A stretch of DNA of 64,000 bases from Actinomycetota bacterium (GTDB lineage Bacteria > Actinomycetota > UBA4738 > HRBIN12), in assembly GCA_035249905.1 (NCBI GenBank), contig DATFFT010000032.1, positions 6,778-70,777 on the forward strand, read 5' to 3'. The notes under the pieces were generated by a model, which was not told the origin of the DNA, searched no databases, and was given only the letters and a program-made list of their open reading frames with translations. The position numbers and the translations under genes are program-made. Positions 1 to 10,666 of the stretch are shown piece by piece. Within the stretch, counting starts at the first letter, position 1; every line of letters begins with the position of its first letter.

Positions 1-42
1 TCGTGGCGTCGACGCTCTGACGCACCGCCCCGGACCGTCGCC

Positions 43-1224
43 GTGACCCTGCGCACCCTCGACGATCTGCCCGACGTCAACGGCGGGCGCATCTTCGTTC
101 GCGCCGACTTCAACGTGCCCATCGCCGACGGAGCGGTCGCCGACGACGCCCGCATCACGGCGACCCTGCCGACGATCCGCGAGCTCCGCGAGCGAGGTGC
201 TCTGCTCGTGCTCGCCTCGCACCTCGGTCGTCCGGAGGGTGAGCCGCACGACGAGCTGCGGCTCGCCCCGGTCGGAGCGCGCCTCGCCGAGCTGCTCGGG
301 GAGCCCGTCGCCTCGCTCGGCGAGACCGCTCCGGCGACCCTTCCCGACGCGCCCGTCGTCCTGCTCGAGAACCTCCGGTTCGATCCGGGCGAGGAGGCCG
401 ACGACCAGGGGTTCGCCGGCAGGCTCGCGGAGCTCGCCGACGCGTACGTCGACGACGCGTTCGGCGCCGCACACCGGGACCATGCGAGCGTGTCCGCGGT
501 GCCCGAGCTGATGCTCGCGAGCGGACGTCCTGCGGTGGCAGGGCGCCTGATACAGCGCGAGGTCGAGGTGCTCTCCCGGCTCCTGCGCGATCCCGAGCGG
601 CCGTACGTGGCGGTGCTGGGGGGTGCCAAGGTGAGCGACAAGCTCGGCGTGATCGGATCTCTGATCGACCGTGTCGACGCGCTGCTCGTCGGCGGGGCGA
701 TGGCCTTCACCCTGATCGCGGCGGACGGGGGCGAGATCGGCTCGAGCCTCTGTGAGCGGGACCGCTTCGACGCGGTGCGCGCGGCGAAGGACCGAGCGCG
801 CGACCGAGGGGTGCTCCTCGAGGTACCCCAGGACGTCGTCGCCGCGGCGGAGGCCTCGTTGAACGCGAAGCCCCGCACGGTGCCGGCAGCGGAGATCCCG
901 CGTGGCCTGATGGGCCTCGACATCGGGCCGAAGACGGTCGAGGAGTACGCGCGGATCATCGCCGAGGCGAAGACGATCCTCTGGAACGGCCCCATGGGGG
1001 TGTTCGAGTTCGAGCCCTTCAGCGCCGGCACGCGAGGTGTGGCCACGGCCATCGCTCATGCCCATGCGTTCAGCGTGGTCGGCGGGGGAGACTCGCTGCT
1101 CGCGGTGAAGCGGGCCGAGCTGTCGGACGCGTTCGACCACCTGTCCACCGGCGGGGGTGCGTCGCTCGAGTTCCTCGAGGGGCGAGCGCTCCCCGGGATC
1201 TCGATCCTGGAGGATCGTCGATGA
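43..1224 (+). CDS. pgk: phosphoglycerate kinase
   Basis: 393 aa. N-terminal [11 protein letters not shown] and overall PGK architecture. Stop overlaps the tpiA start (ATGA). Confidence 0.93.
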   Translation: MTLRTLDDLPDVNGGRIFVRADFNVPIADGAVADDARITATLPTIRELRERGALLVLASHLGRPEGEPHDELRLAPVGARLAELLGEPVASLGETAPATLPDAPVVLLENLRFDPGEEADDQGFAGRLAELADAYVDDAFGAAHRDHASVSAVPELMLASGRPAVAGRLIQREVEVLSRLLRDPERPYVAVLGGAKVSDKLGVIGSLIDRVDALLVGGAMAFTLIAADGGEIGSSLCERDRFDAVRAAKDRARDRGVLLEVPQDVVAAAEASLNAKPRTVPAAEIPRGLMGLDIGPKTVEEYARIIAEAKTILWNGPMGVFEFEPFSAGTRGVATAIAHAHAFSVVGGGDSLLAVKRAELSDAFDHLSTGGGASLEFLEGRALPGISILEDRR

Positions 1225-2006
1225 CCTCCGCACCCGGAAACGACCGACGGCCGATCATCGCCGCGAACTGGAAGATGCACAAGACCCACCTCGAGGCGAT
1301 CCAGGCCGTGCAGAAGCTGAGCTATCTGCTCGACGCGAACGACGCCGACCGGGTCGAGGTCGTGATCTGCCCGCCCTTCACCGCGCTCAGGTCCGTCGAG
1401 ACCGTCCTGGACTCCGACAGGCTGCCGTACGGCCTGGGCGCTCAGAACGTAGCGTTCGCGGACCATGGAGCGTTCACCGGCGAGGTGTCGCCGCTCATGC
1501 TGGCCGCGTTGCGGGTCGGCTACGTGATCGTCGGGCACTCCGAACGCCGGCAGCTCTTCGGGGAAGACGATGCCGTCGTCAACAAGAAGATGCGAGCGGT
1601 GCTGCGGCACGACATGGTGCCGATCCTCTGCGTCGGGGAGACGCTCGAGGAGCGTGATGCCGGCGGCACCGAGACGAGGGTGGCACAGCAGATCAGGCGG
1701 GGGTTCGACAACGTCACGCCCGAGCAGGCAGCGACGGCGGTCGTCGCCTACGAACCCATCTGGGCGATCGGCACGGGTCGCAACGCCGACGCCGCAGACG
1801 CCGGCCGCGTCGTGGAGGTGATCCGTGCGACGCTCGGCGATCGGTACGACGACGATCTCGCGCACGCGGTCCGGGTGCAGTACGGCGGGAGCGTCAAGCC
1901 CGGCAACATCCGAGAGTTCATGGCGCACCCCGAGATCGACGGCGCGCTGGTGGGCGGGGCGAGCCTCGATCCGGAGGACCTCGCACTGATCGTGAAGTAC
2001 CGCTGA
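1221..2006 (+). CDS. tpiA: triosephosphate isomerase
   Basis: 261 aa. [11 protein letters not shown] start and the catalytic-region motifs VIVGHSERR and [11 protein letters not shown]. Confidence 0.95.
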   Translation: MTSAPGNDRRPIIAANWKMHKTHLEAIQAVQKLSYLLDANDADRVEVVICPPFTALRSVETVLDSDRLPYGLGAQNVAFADHGAFTGEVSPLMLAALRVGYVIVGHSERRQLFGEDDAVVNKKMRAVLRHDMVPILCVGETLEERDAGGTETRVAQQIRRGFDNVTPEQAATAVVAYEPIWAIGTGRNADAADAGRVVEVIRATLGDRYDDDLAHAVRVQYGGSVKPGNIREFMAHPEIDGALVGGASLDPEDLALIVKYR

Positions 2007-2059
2007 TCGAACTCCATGCACGAGCCCACGCTGCGCAGGCCGATCGAGGAGGGATCGCC

Positions 2060-3343
2060 GTGAGCACGCTCCTGTACGTCTGTCTCGACGGCCTGGGTGA
2101 CGACCCGATCCCCGAGTTCGACGGCCGGACGCCGCTCGAAGCCGCCGAGACACCGCACCTCGACGCCCTCGCTACGAGCGGAGCCACCGGCACCGTGATC
2201 ACCGTCGGACCGGGCATCGCGCCGGAGTCCGACATCGGGGTGTTCGGCATCCTCGGGTACGACCCGCGCGAGGAGCACCCCGGGCGCGGCGTGCTCGAGG
2301 CGTTGGGCAGCGGGATGGACTTCCGTGATGGCGATCTCGCGTACCGGGTCAACTTCGCGACGGCCGACGGACGGAACATCGTGGACCGTCGGGTCGGACG
2401 CGATCTCTCGAGCGATGAGGCGCATTCCCTCGCCGACGAGGTCAACCGATCGTTGCGCCTCCCTGGGGCCTCGTTCGACCTACGGGCCACGGTGGAGCAT
2501 CGGGGTGCACTCGTGATCCGGACCGACGATGGGCGGCCTCTGTCGGCCGACGTCACGAACACCGATCCGGCCTACGAACGCCGGGGTCACCTCGGCGTGG
2601 CGCTCGAGACGTTCGATCCAGTCGTCGCGGCGGCGGTCGCGCTCGAGCCGACTTCCGGGGCGGAGCGAGCAGCCGATCTCACGAACGCGCTCGTCGAGGG
2701 CTCGGCGAGCATCCTCGACGCGAGCGAGGTGAACGAACGCAGGCGAGCCGAGGGAAAGCTTCCCGGCAACGTCATCCTCACCCGCGACGGGGGCGACCAC
2801 CTTCCGGCGCTGCAGCCGATCGCGGAGCGATCCGGCATGCCGTGGGGATGCTTCGTGGAGATGCCGGTGGAACGAGGTATCTCCATCGCCCTCGGGATGG
2901 AGCCGGTCGACGCGCCACGGCTGGACGCCAGCGGCCACGGCACCGAGGCGGAGGAGCGCTACGCGACGTGGGCGGACCTCGCGGCCGACGCGCTCGGCGA
3001 GTTCCAGGCGCTCTACGTGCACATCAAGGGGCCAGACATGCCGGCCCACGACGGACGGGCCGAGGACAAGCGCGACGTCATCAGCGCGATCGACCGGGCG
3101 TTCTTCGGCACCGTCCTGCCGCGTCTGGGCGACGACACGGTGGTGGCGGTGACGGCCGATCACGCGACGTCATGCGTGCGGAAGGCGCACACGGCCGATC
3201 CGGTGCCGTTCGTGGTGAGCGGCGGGTCCGTGCGCCCCGACGGCAGCACGTCGTTCGGCGAGCGGCCGTGTGCCGAGGGATCGCTGGGCGAGATGCTCGG
3301 CCCTCAGATCCTCCCGCGGCTCAGCGCACTCGCTCTCGGCTGA
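2060..3343 (+). CDS. apgM: archaeal-type 2,3-bisphosphoglycerate-independent phosphoglycerate mutase (ApgM family)
   Basis: 427 aa. LLYVCLDGLGD...TPHLD...GYDP...AYRVNFAT...DRRVGR resembles Pyrococcus/Methanocaldococcus ApgM (PhosphMutase + metalloenzyme domains) rather than bacterial GpmI. Confidence 0.85.
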   Translation: MSTLLYVCLDGLGDDPIPEFDGRTPLEAAETPHLDALATSGATGTVITVGPGIAPESDIGVFGILGYDPREEHPGRGVLEALGSGMDFRDGDLAYRVNFATADGRNIVDRRVGRDLSSDEAHSLADEVNRSLRLPGASFDLRATVEHRGALVIRTDDGRPLSADVTNTDPAYERRGHLGVALETFDPVVAAAVALEPTSGAERAADLTNALVEGSASILDASEVNERRRAEGKLPGNVILTRDGGDHLPALQPIAERSGMPWGCFVEMPVERGISIALGMEPVDAPRLDASGHGTEAEERYATWADLAADALGEFQALYVHIKGPDMPAHDGRAEDKRDVISAIDRAFFGTVLPRLGDDTVVAVTADHATSCVRKAHTADPVPFVVSGGSVRPDGSTSFGERPCAEGSLGEMLGPQILPRLSALALG

Positions 3344-3465
3344 ACACGCAGGTTCGCGCGCTTTGCGGATTCCTGCCCTGTTTCTCGTTGGCGCGTCCCT
3401 CCCACCTGCGTCTTCGGCCGGTTGTGCGTTGCCGAGACCGTGGAAGGGGCCTATCATCCGCGCCG

Positions 3466-4623
3466 GTGAGCGACAAGCGAAGCGACGCACCGGGCGACGA
3501 CCACGGGTCATTGCTGGCACCCGGAACGACGGGCACCCGCCCGGGTCTGGGCAAGGAAGAGGAGTTCGTCGAGCAGGCGATCGTCGAGACCGAGGTCGTC
3601 CCCGGCGCCATCCTCCCCAAGGAAGACATCGGCCGTTCACCGTGGCAGATCTTCTGGCGGCAGTTCCGCCGCGATCGATGGGCGCTCGCCGGTATCGGCA
3701 TCATCGTGGTGATGATCACGCTCGCGATCATCGCGCCGCTGGCGGTGAGCTGGACGGGTCACGACCCCAACTTCGTGAACCTCGAGGCGCTCGACTCGTT
3801 CGGCCTTCCGGGCGCGCCAGAATGGTGGCCGTGCCCGGAGGGCGCCGCCGATGCGCCCCTGGTCATCGAAGGCGGACAGGTCCAGCCACAGAGTCAGGGA
3901 TGTTTCGCAGTGCCCGGCTACCTGCTGGGCGTCGACTCGACCGGTCGCGACCTCTTCGTCCGCATCCTCTACGGGGCACGCACTTCGCTGATCATCGCGG
4001 TCGCGGCGACCGGCATCTCACTGATCATCGGCACGATCCTCGGCGTGATCTCGGGGTTCTTCCGTGGCAAGACCGACACGTTCATCTCCCGGCTGACCGA
4101 CGTGGTGCTGTCGCTGCCGATCCTGCTGCTGGCTCTGGGGCTGGCCTCGGCGTGCGGCGCCACCGCGGAAGGCTGTCTGGGTGGCCTGATCAAGCCGGGA
4201 CTGCTGCTCGTGAGCCTCATCATCGGCCTGTTCAGCTGGCCGTACATCTCTCGCATCATCCGGGGGCAGGTCCTGTCGCTGCGCGAGAAGGAGTTCGTGG
4301 AAGCGTCGAGGTCGCTCGGCACGACGAACTGGCGCATCATGGCGCGCGAGATCCTGCCGAACGTCGCCGCGCCGTTGATCGTGTACACCACCTTGATCAT
4401 CCCGGCGAACATCCTGTTCGAGGCAGGCCTGTCGTTCCTCGGCGTCGGAGTGCCGGACACGACGCCGTCGTGGGGAGCGATGCTGAGCCAATCGGCGAGC
4501 GCGTTCCAGTACGCGGTCTGGCTCATGATCTTCCCGGGCATCGCGCTGTTCATGACGACCCTCGCGTTCAACCTCGTGGGCGACGGACTCCGCGATGCAC
4601 TCGATCCTCGGACGCAGGCGTGA
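3466..4623 (+). CDS. ABC peptide/nickel transporter permease (OppC/DppC-type)
   Basis: GTG at 3466 is in frame with ORF 2842..4623. The ORF-track N-terminus overlaps apgM and is rejected. N-terminal EEEFVEQAIVETEVVPGA..SPWQIFWRQFRRDR is typical OppC. GVDSTGRDLF motif. Multi-TM. Confidence 0.85.
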   Translation: MSDKRSDAPGDDHGSLLAPGTTGTRPGLGKEEEFVEQAIVETEVVPGAILPKEDIGRSPWQIFWRQFRRDRWALAGIGIIVVMITLAIIAPLAVSWTGHDPNFVNLEALDSFGLPGAPEWWPCPEGAADAPLVIEGGQVQPQSQGCFAVPGYLLGVDSTGRDLFVRILYGARTSLIIAVAATGISLIIGTILGVISGFFRGKTDTFISRLTDVVLSLPILLLALGLASACGATAEGCLGGLIKPGLLLVSLIIGLFSWPYISRIIRGQVLSLREKEFVEASRSLGTTNWRIMAREILPNVAAPLIVYTTLIIPANILFEAGLSFLGVGVPDTTPSWGAMLSQSASAFQYAVWLMIFPGIALFMTTLAFNLVGDGLRDALDPRTQA

Positions 4624-4729
4624 CCGTACTTCCTATCGGTGCGACGAACGGCACGAGGGGAGGCGATCGGGTAGCGCGTACCACATCGATTCCGACCAGA
4701 CGCATGAAGGTGCATGAGAGGGGGTCCAG

Positions 4730-6604
4730 TTGAACAGGAAGCTGAGGATGATCGCGCTCGTCGCGGTACTCGGGCTCGTCGCGGCCGCGTGCGGCGGCGA
4801 CGACGATCCGGGCCAGGACGAGCAGACCACCGGCGCGCCGGCGGAGAACCTGAGCGGTGGCACGCTCACGATGGCGCAGCTCGCCGACGTCGTGTCGGCG
4901 TTCGACCCGCAGAAGGAGTACTACTCGGTCACGTGGGAGTACTACAGGTGCTGCCTGCTTCGCACGCTGATGTCGTACGAGGGCGTGCCGACCGAGGAAG
5001 GTGGAGCGGAGATCCATCCCGATCTCGCGGCCGCCGAGCCCGAGGTCTCGGAAGACCAGCTGACGTGGACGTTCACGATCAAGCCGGGCATCAACTACGC
5101 CCCGCCGTTCGATGACGTCGCGATCACGGCCAACGATTTCGTCACCGCGCTCAAGCGCACGGCGAACCCGAAGGCCAACGTGGGCGGCTACTCGTTCTAC
5201 TACTCGGTGATCGAGGGCTTCGACGACTACGCGAACGGCGACGCGAAGGACATCTCGGGCGCCGTGGCGGTCGACGACACCACGCTCGAGATCACGCTCA
5301 CCGAGCCGACGGGAGACCTCGGGTACCGGTTCGCGATGGCGACCACCGCTCCGATCCCGCCGCTCGAGGGGGCCGAGCTCGGCGTCGCTCAGGGCCACGA
5401 CAAGAACTACGGCCGATTCCTGGTGGCGTCGGGTCCGTACATGTTCGAGGGGTCCGAAGCGATGGACTTCTCCGTCCCGGCCAATGACCAGACCGAGGTC
5501 GCGGGGTATGTGCCCGGGCGCTCTATCGTGCTCGTGCGGAACCCGTCCTATGACCCGGCGACCGACGGGCTCCGGCCCGCGTACCCCGACCGCATCGAGG
5601 TGACGATCGGCGGCGACAACGACGACCTGTACAACCAGGTCGCCGCCGGCGAGATCGACTTCGTGGTCGACGGTGCTGTGCCGCCGGACAAGATCCGTGA
5701 GTACCAGACCACGCCCGATCTGCAGGACCGGATGAACGTCTACCCGTCCGATGCGATGCGCTACGTGTCGTTCAACCTGGCGATGCCGCCGTTCGACGAC
5801 GTGCACGTGCGGAAGGCGATCAACTGGGCGTTCGACAAGCAGGGCTTCCGCCAGCAGCGAGGTGGCGAGACGACCGGCGAGCTCGCGGGGCACATCTTCG
5901 TGAACTCGCTGCAGAACAACCTGCTTGCCGACTACGACCCGTACGCGACGCCGAACGGTTCGGGCGACATCGAGGCCGCTCAGGAGGAGATGGCGCAGTC
6001 GAAGTACGACAGCGACGGCGACGGGGTCTGTGACGACCCGGTCTGCGAGGACATCCTGACGGTCACCGACCGCGAGGATCCGTACCCGAAGCAGTCCGCG
6101 CTGATGCAGCAGTTCCTCGAGCCGCTGGGTATCACGCTCGACGTGAAGCAGCTCGAGCGCGGCGTCATGTACACCAGATGCAACGACATGAACTCCCAGA
6201 CCGCGCTCTGCGCCGGCCCGGGGTGGGGCAAGGACTACGCCGACGGCTACACGTTCGGTGGTCCGATGTTCGACTCCAGCGGCCTGTGGGAGAGCTGCTG
6301 CAACTACCAGGGCACGGGTGCGACAGCGGAACAGCTCAAGGAGTGGGGCTACGACGTCACCGAGGTGCCGAGCGTCGACGACATGGTCGACGAATGCTCG
6401 GCGGCCACCGGTGACGAACGGTTCCAGTGCTGGGCCGACTTCGACTCGCACCTCATGGAAGAGGTCGTGCCGATGGTGCCGTACCTGTTCGACAACTCGG
6501 TCGACATCATCTCGCCGAACGTGACGAACTACTCGTTCGATCAGTTCGCGGGGCTGGCCGACTTCGGCGCCATGGCGGTCTCAGGCGGTGACGCGGCGGC
6601 CTGA
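4730..6604 (+). CDS. ABC transporter substrate-binding lipoprotein, family 5 (peptide/nickel)
   Basis: 624 aa. Lipoprotein signal MNRKLRMIALVAVLGLVAAAC|GGDDD. Size and composition typical of SBP_bac_5. RBS GAGAGGGGG upstream of TTG 4730. Confidence 0.85.
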   Translation: MNRKLRMIALVAVLGLVAAACGGDDDPGQDEQTTGAPAENLSGGTLTMAQLADVVSAFDPQKEYYSVTWEYYRCCLLRTLMSYEGVPTEEGGAEIHPDLAAAEPEVSEDQLTWTFTIKPGINYAPPFDDVAITANDFVTALKRTANPKANVGGYSFYYSVIEGFDDYANGDAKDISGAVAVDDTTLEITLTEPTGDLGYRFAMATTAPIPPLEGAELGVAQGHDKNYGRFLVASGPYMFEGSEAMDFSVPANDQTEVAGYVPGRSIVLVRNPSYDPATDGLRPAYPDRIEVTIGGDNDDLYNQVAAGEIDFVVDGAVPPDKIREYQTTPDLQDRMNVYPSDAMRYVSFNLAMPPFDDVHVRKAINWAFDKQGFRQQRGGETTGELAGHIFVNSLQNNLLADYDPYATPNGSGDIEAAQEEMAQSKYDSDGDGVCDDPVCEDILTVTDREDPYPKQSALMQQFLEPLGITLDVKQLERGVMYTRCNDMNSQTALCAGPGWGKDYADGYTFGGPMFDSSGLWESCCNYQGTGATAEQLKEWGYDVTEVPSVDDMVDECSAATGDERFQCWADFDSHLMEEVVPMVPYLFDNSVDIISPNVTNYSFDQFAGLADFGAMAVSGGDAAA

Positions 6605-6691
6605 TCGAGGGCACGATCCGCTGAGATCGACGGCAGGTGAGGGGGCCGCCACGGCGGCCCCCTCCTCGCCGACGATAGGGAAGGAGGCACG

Positions 6692-7663
6692 GTGGGCAGG
6701 TACCTGATCCGCCGCACGATGTTCCTGGTGCTGGTCCTGTTCATCGTGTCCCTGCTCACCTTCCTGATCTTCGTGAAGCTACCGGCCGGAGACCCGGCGC
6801 GCCGAGCGGTCGGGCGGACCACCACGCCCGAGCAGATCGAGGCGGCGCGCGTGGCGTTCGGCTTGGACAAGCCGCTGATCGTTCAGTACGCCCGGTTCGC
6901 CAAGGGCCTCATCCCGTTGCCCGGAACGTTCCTCACGGAAGACGTCTACTACTCCTACGGCAGCTTCGTCGCGGTGAAGGAGGAGATCTATCGCAGGCTC
7001 CCCGTGACCATCACGCTCGCGCTGGGTGCGGCGGTCCTCTGGCTCGCGATGGGCATCCCCATCGGCATCATCTCGGGGGTCCGCAAGGGGTCGATCTGGG
7101 ATCGAGCCGGCATGGTGTTCGCCTTGATCGGGGTCTCGATGCCGGTCTTCTGGCTGGGCCAGTTGCTGCTCTACGCGTTCTGGTTCCAGCTCGACTGGGC
7201 TCCGTCATCCGGCCTCGAGATCGGTGACTCGATCTGGTCGTCGATCGCGAAGGGCGAGTTCATCCTGCCCTGGATCACGCTCGCGTTCACGTCGGCGGCG
7301 TTCTACGCCCGCATGGTGCGCGGGAACCTGATCGAGACGATGAGCGAGGACTACATCCGGACGGCGCGCGCCAAGGGCTTGGCGGAGCGCCGGGTGATCT
7401 ACAAGCACGGTCTACGCGGCGCCCTCACTCCGGTCGTCACGATGCTCGGGCTCGACATCGGCCTGCTCTTCGGCGGCGCGTTCATCACCGAGACCCTGTT
7501 CGGATTGCCGGGCATCGGGCAATACGCCGTGCAGGCGATCTCGACCAACGACTTCCCGATCGTGATGGGCGTGACGGTCCTGGGCGCGCTGTTCATCGCC
7601 GTCGCGAACCTCGTCGTCGACGTGGTCTACGCGTTCCTCGATCCGAGAGTGAGGTACACGTAA
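6692..7663 (+). CDS. ABC peptide transporter permease (OppB/DppB-type)
   Basis: 323 aa. N-terminal YLIRRTMFLVLVLFIVSLLTFLIF..LPGDPA. RBS GAAGGAGG before GTG 6692. Confidence 0.88.
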   Translation: MGRYLIRRTMFLVLVLFIVSLLTFLIFVKLPAGDPARRAVGRTTTPEQIEAARVAFGLDKPLIVQYARFAKGLIPLPGTFLTEDVYYSYGSFVAVKEEIYRRLPVTITLALGAAVLWLAMGIPIGIISGVRKGSIWDRAGMVFALIGVSMPVFWLGQLLLYAFWFQLDWAPSSGLEIGDSIWSSIAKGEFILPWITLAFTSAAFYARMVRGNLIETMSEDYIRTARAKGLAERRVIYKHGLRGALTPVVTMLGLDIGLLFGGAFITETLFGLPGIGQYAVQAISTNDFPIVMGVTVLGALFIAVANLVVDVVYAFLDPRVRYT

Positions 7664-8674
7664 GTGCCCGAGCCGCTCCTCGAGGTCAAGGACCTCAAGG
7701 TCCACTTCCACACCGACGACGGCGTGGTGAAGGCGGTCGACGGCGTCACGTACTCGATCGAGCCGGGTCAGACCCTCGGCATCGTCGGGGAGTCGGGCTC
7801 CGGGAAGAGCGTGAGCTCGCTCACGGTCATGGGCCTGATCACCTCGCAGCAGGCCGAGATCTCCGGTGAGGTGATCTTCCGAGGGCAGGACCTCTTGAAG
7901 CTGCCGGCCGACGAGATGCGGAGCATCCGCGGCGACCAGATCTCGATGATCTTCCAGGACCCGATGACGTCGCTGCATCCCTTCTACCGGGTGGGAGAGC
8001 AGATCGCCGAGGCGATCCTGCAGCATCAGCACGTCTCGAAGAAGGAGGCGTTCGCCCAGGCCGTGGACATGCTGGGGAAGGTGAACATCCCCAAGCCGGC
8101 GGAACGGGCCAAGCAGTTCCCTCACGAGTTCTCGGGCGGCATGCGCCAGCGGGCGATGATCGCGATGGCGCTTGCCCTGAACCCCGACCTGCTGATCGCC
8201 GACGAGCCCACCACGGCGCTCGACGTCACGGTGCAGGCGCAGATCCTCGATCTGATCGACCGCCTCAGGGAAGAGTTCAACGCCGCGGTGATCATCATCA
8301 CCCACGATCTGGGCGTCGTCGCCGAGCACTGCGACGACATCCAGGTGATGTACGCGGGGAAGGCCGCGGAGTACGGGAACACCGACGACATCTACTACCG
8401 GCCGCTCCACCCGTACACGTGGGGACTGCTGGGATCGATCCCGCGGCTGGGGGAGGAGACCGATCGGCTCAATCCGATCCGGGGACTGCCGCCTTCGCTG
8501 ATCAACGTGCCCCCCGGCTGCGCCTTCCACCCGCGGTGCCCGTACCGGTTCGAACCGTGCGACAAGGAGGTGCCGGAGTTGGTGCCCGTCGACGGTCACC
8601 ACGCCTCGGCGTGCCACCTGCCGCTCGCGGAGAAGGAGCGCATCGTCCGCGAGGAGGTGCTCGCGGCTCGATGA
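7664..8674 (+). CDS. ABC transporter ATP-binding protein (OppD/DppD-type)
   Basis: Walker A GESGSGKS, signature LSGGMRQR, Walker [13 protein letters not shown]. OppD C-terminal Cys-rich tail [15 protein letters not shown]. Confidence 0.9.
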   Translation: MPEPLLEVKDLKVHFHTDDGVVKAVDGVTYSIEPGQTLGIVGESGSGKSVSSLTVMGLITSQQAEISGEVIFRGQDLLKLPADEMRSIRGDQISMIFQDPMTSLHPFYRVGEQIAEAILQHQHVSKKEAFAQAVDMLGKVNIPKPAERAKQFPHEFSGGMRQRAMIAMALALNPDLLIADEPTTALDVTVQAQILDLIDRLREEFNAAVIIITHDLGVVAEHCDDIQVMYAGKAAEYGNTDDIYYRPLHPYTWGLLGSIPRLGEETDRLNPIRGLPPSLINVPPGCAFHPRCPYRFEPCDKEVPELVPVDGHHASACHLPLAEKERIVREEVLAAR

Positions 8675-9762
8675 GCGTCGAGGCGAACGAACGTCCCGGA
8701 ACGGCGCCCGTCAGGCATGGCGACCCCCTGCTCAGGGTCACGGGCCTGCGGAAGTACTTCCCGATCACCCAGGGCATCCTGTTCCAGCGCCATGTCGGCG
8801 ACGTGCATGCCGTCGACGGTGTCGACCTCGAGGTGTATCCCGGCGAGACCTTGGGCCTCGTGGGAGAGACCGGCTGCGGCAAGTCGACGCTCGCCCGGGT
8901 GGTGACCCGGCTGTTCGAGCCCACCGAGGGATCGGTGGAGTTCGAGGGGCGCGACATCACCAAGCTCAAGGGAAGCGAGCTGCGCCAGATCCGTCGCGAC
9001 ATGCAGATGGTGTTCCAGGACCCGTACGCGTCGTTGAACCCCCGCAAGACGGTGGGCACCATCATCGGAGCGCCGTTCCGGCTGCACAAGACGGTCCCGT
9101 CCGACAAGGTCAAGGGCGAGGTCCAGGAGCTGATGGAGCTCGTCGGCCTGAATCCCGAGCACTACAACCGGTACCCGCACGAGTTCTCCGGGGGCCAGCG
9201 TCAGCGGATCGGGGTTGCTCGTGCCCTCGCCCTGCGCCCGAAGCTGATCGTGGCCGACGAGCCGGTCTCGGCGCTCGACGTCTCGGTGCAGGCCCAGATC
9301 CTGAACCTGCTCGACGACCTGCAGGCCGAGTTCGACCTGACGTACCTGTTCATCGCGCACGACCTGTCCGTGGTCAAACACGTCTCCGATCGGGTCGCCG
9401 TGATGTACCTCGGGAAGATCGTCGAGATGGCCGACGGCGAGGCGCTGTATCGGTCGCCCAAGCACCCGTACACCGGGGCGCTGCTCTCGGCGGTGCCCAT
9501 CGCGGATCCCGAGCTGGCCAGGCAGAAGCGGCGGATCATCCTGGAGGGCGACGTGCCCTCACCGATCGACCCCCCGTCGGGCTGCCGGTTCCACCCTCGG
9601 TGCCCGCAGACGAGGCTGATCGCCAAGGCCGAGGGCATCCCCGACGGCATCGAACCCAGGTGCCGCGACGAGGAGCCGCTGCTGAGGCCCTTCTCCCCGA
9701 GCCAATCGGCCGCGTGTCACTTTCCGCTCGAGGAATCTATCATCGGCTCTGCCGGCGACTGA
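8671..9762 (+). CDS. ABC transporter ATP-binding protein (OppF/DppF-type)
   Basis: ATG 8671 overlaps the upstream stop (ATGA), in frame with ORF 8419..9762. Walker A GETGCGKS, signature FSGGQRQR, C-terminal CRFHPRCP. Confidence 0.9.
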   Translation: MSVEANERPGTAPVRHGDPLLRVTGLRKYFPITQGILFQRHVGDVHAVDGVDLEVYPGETLGLVGETGCGKSTLARVVTRLFEPTEGSVEFEGRDITKLKGSELRQIRRDMQMVFQDPYASLNPRKTVGTIIGAPFRLHKTVPSDKVKGEVQELMELVGLNPEHYNRYPHEFSGGQRQRIGVARALALRPKLIVADEPVSALDVSVQAQILNLLDDLQAEFDLTYLFIAHDLSVVKHVSDRVAVMYLGKIVEMADGEALYRSPKHPYTGALLSAVPIADPELARQKRRIILEGDVPSPIDPPSGCRFHPRCPQTRLIAKAEGIPDGIEPRCRDEEPLLRPFSPSQSAACHFPLEESIIGSAGD

Positions 9763-9791
9763 CCGGCTCGACCGACCCGGAGAGATCCTGA

Positions 9792-10019
9792 ATGCTCAAC
9801 ACCATCGTGATCGTGATCGACGTGATCGCCGCGCTCTTCCTGATCCTGACGATCCTGCTGCACTCGGGGCGGGGGAGCGGCCTGTCCGACATGTTCGGCG
9901 GCACGTCGTCGCTCTCGGGCGGCACCGCCATGGAGCGCACCCTCGACCGCCTCACGGTCATCACCGCCCTGGTCTTCGGCCTCTGCACGTTCTACCTCGC
10001 CTGGCAGTGGAACCCGTAA
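9792..10019 (+). CDS. secG: preprotein translocase subunit SecG
   Basis: 75 aa, two TM segments, LLHSGRGSGLSDMFGG motif. Classic actinobacterial position downstream of pgk-tpi. Confidence 0.85.
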   Translation: MLNTIVIVIDVIAALFLILTILLHSGRGSGLSDMFGGTSSLSGGTAMERTLDRLTVITALVFGLCTFYLAWQWNP

Positions 10020-10063
10020 AGGGCCGCGACCGGTCCGGTTGATACGATGCTCATCCGGTGCAC

Positions 10064-10153
10064 GTCGGAGTGGCGGAATCTGGTAGACGCGCTAGGTTGA
10101 GGGCCTAGTCCCCAGCGATGGGGGTGGGGGTTCAAGTCCCCCCTCCGACACCA
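10064..10153 (+). tRNA. tRNA-Leu (anticodon GAG), type II with long variable arm
   Basis: Cloverleaf folded by hand. Acceptor gtcggag/ctccgac, D-arm gcg-gaatctggtaga-cgc, anticodon stem ctagg/cctag with loop ttGAGgg, long variable arm, T-arm ggggg-ttcaagt-ccccc, discriminator A and encoded CCA. Confidence 0.9.
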
Positions 10154-10379
10154 CCTGCCCTGCGGAAACGCGAAAACGAGGGCCCAGGCACGGAAACCCG
10201 GCCGGGGCCTCTGTCTGACCGTTGTCTGCCCAGTTGCCACTTCAGCCATTGACGGCGGTGATGAGAAGGGGGGATAACACTCCGGGATGGTGGCCGGTTC
10301 GTCGCGTGGAAGTCGATCCCTGGCCCGGTCAGGAGGTTGAAGAGGAGCTACCCAGCGAGGCTTCGCGGCCAGCCACTGC

Positions 10380-10553
10380 TCCACATCCTCACGGCGCCAC
10401 AACCGATGCCGCCCGATCACCTTCGCCGGCTTTTGGGAAGTTGCCCGTGCTCGGCGACGATGTGGCTCACGCGCTGGTGGTCACGCCGAGAGCGTGCGCC
10501 TGACTGGTGTGGACCACCCGAGAGCGCAGGTTGTGAAACTGGCGAGTCTGCAT
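10380..10553 (-). pseudogene. frameshifted excisionase/AlpA-like HTH (HTH_17) remnant
   Basis: Minus-strand frame A reads ...MQTRQFHNLRSRVVHTSQAHALGVTTSA* with a TGA near 10467. The adjacent frame continues ...KVIGRHRLWRREDVEQWLAAK, the consensus ending of AlpA/Xis-type HTH proteins. The two pieces need a single indel to fuse. Lies immediately downstream of the tRNA-Leu 3' end. Confidence 0.35.
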
Positions 10554-10666
10554 GATGAGATGGACGGGCTCTCCCACCAACACGGCGAGTGGCAGGGTGA
10601 GCAGCGGCGGGCGGCTGTGGCTCCGCGTGCGGACCACCAATCGGGTTCGACCGTTGGGAGCCTCGT

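Noticed and set aside
2842-3465. N-terminal 208 aa of ORF 2842..4623
   Set aside because: Out-of-frame overlap with apgM and Arg/Gly-rich junk. The real permease starts at GTG 3466, where the OppC-like sequence begins.
4568-6451. 627-aa minus-strand ORF
   Set aside because: Antisense to the substrate-binding lipoprotein gene. GC artefact.
8419-8670. N-terminal extension of ORF 8419..9762
   Set aside because: Overlaps the oppD 3' end in another frame. ATG 8671 gives an ATGA-coupled start and a normal ABC N-terminus.
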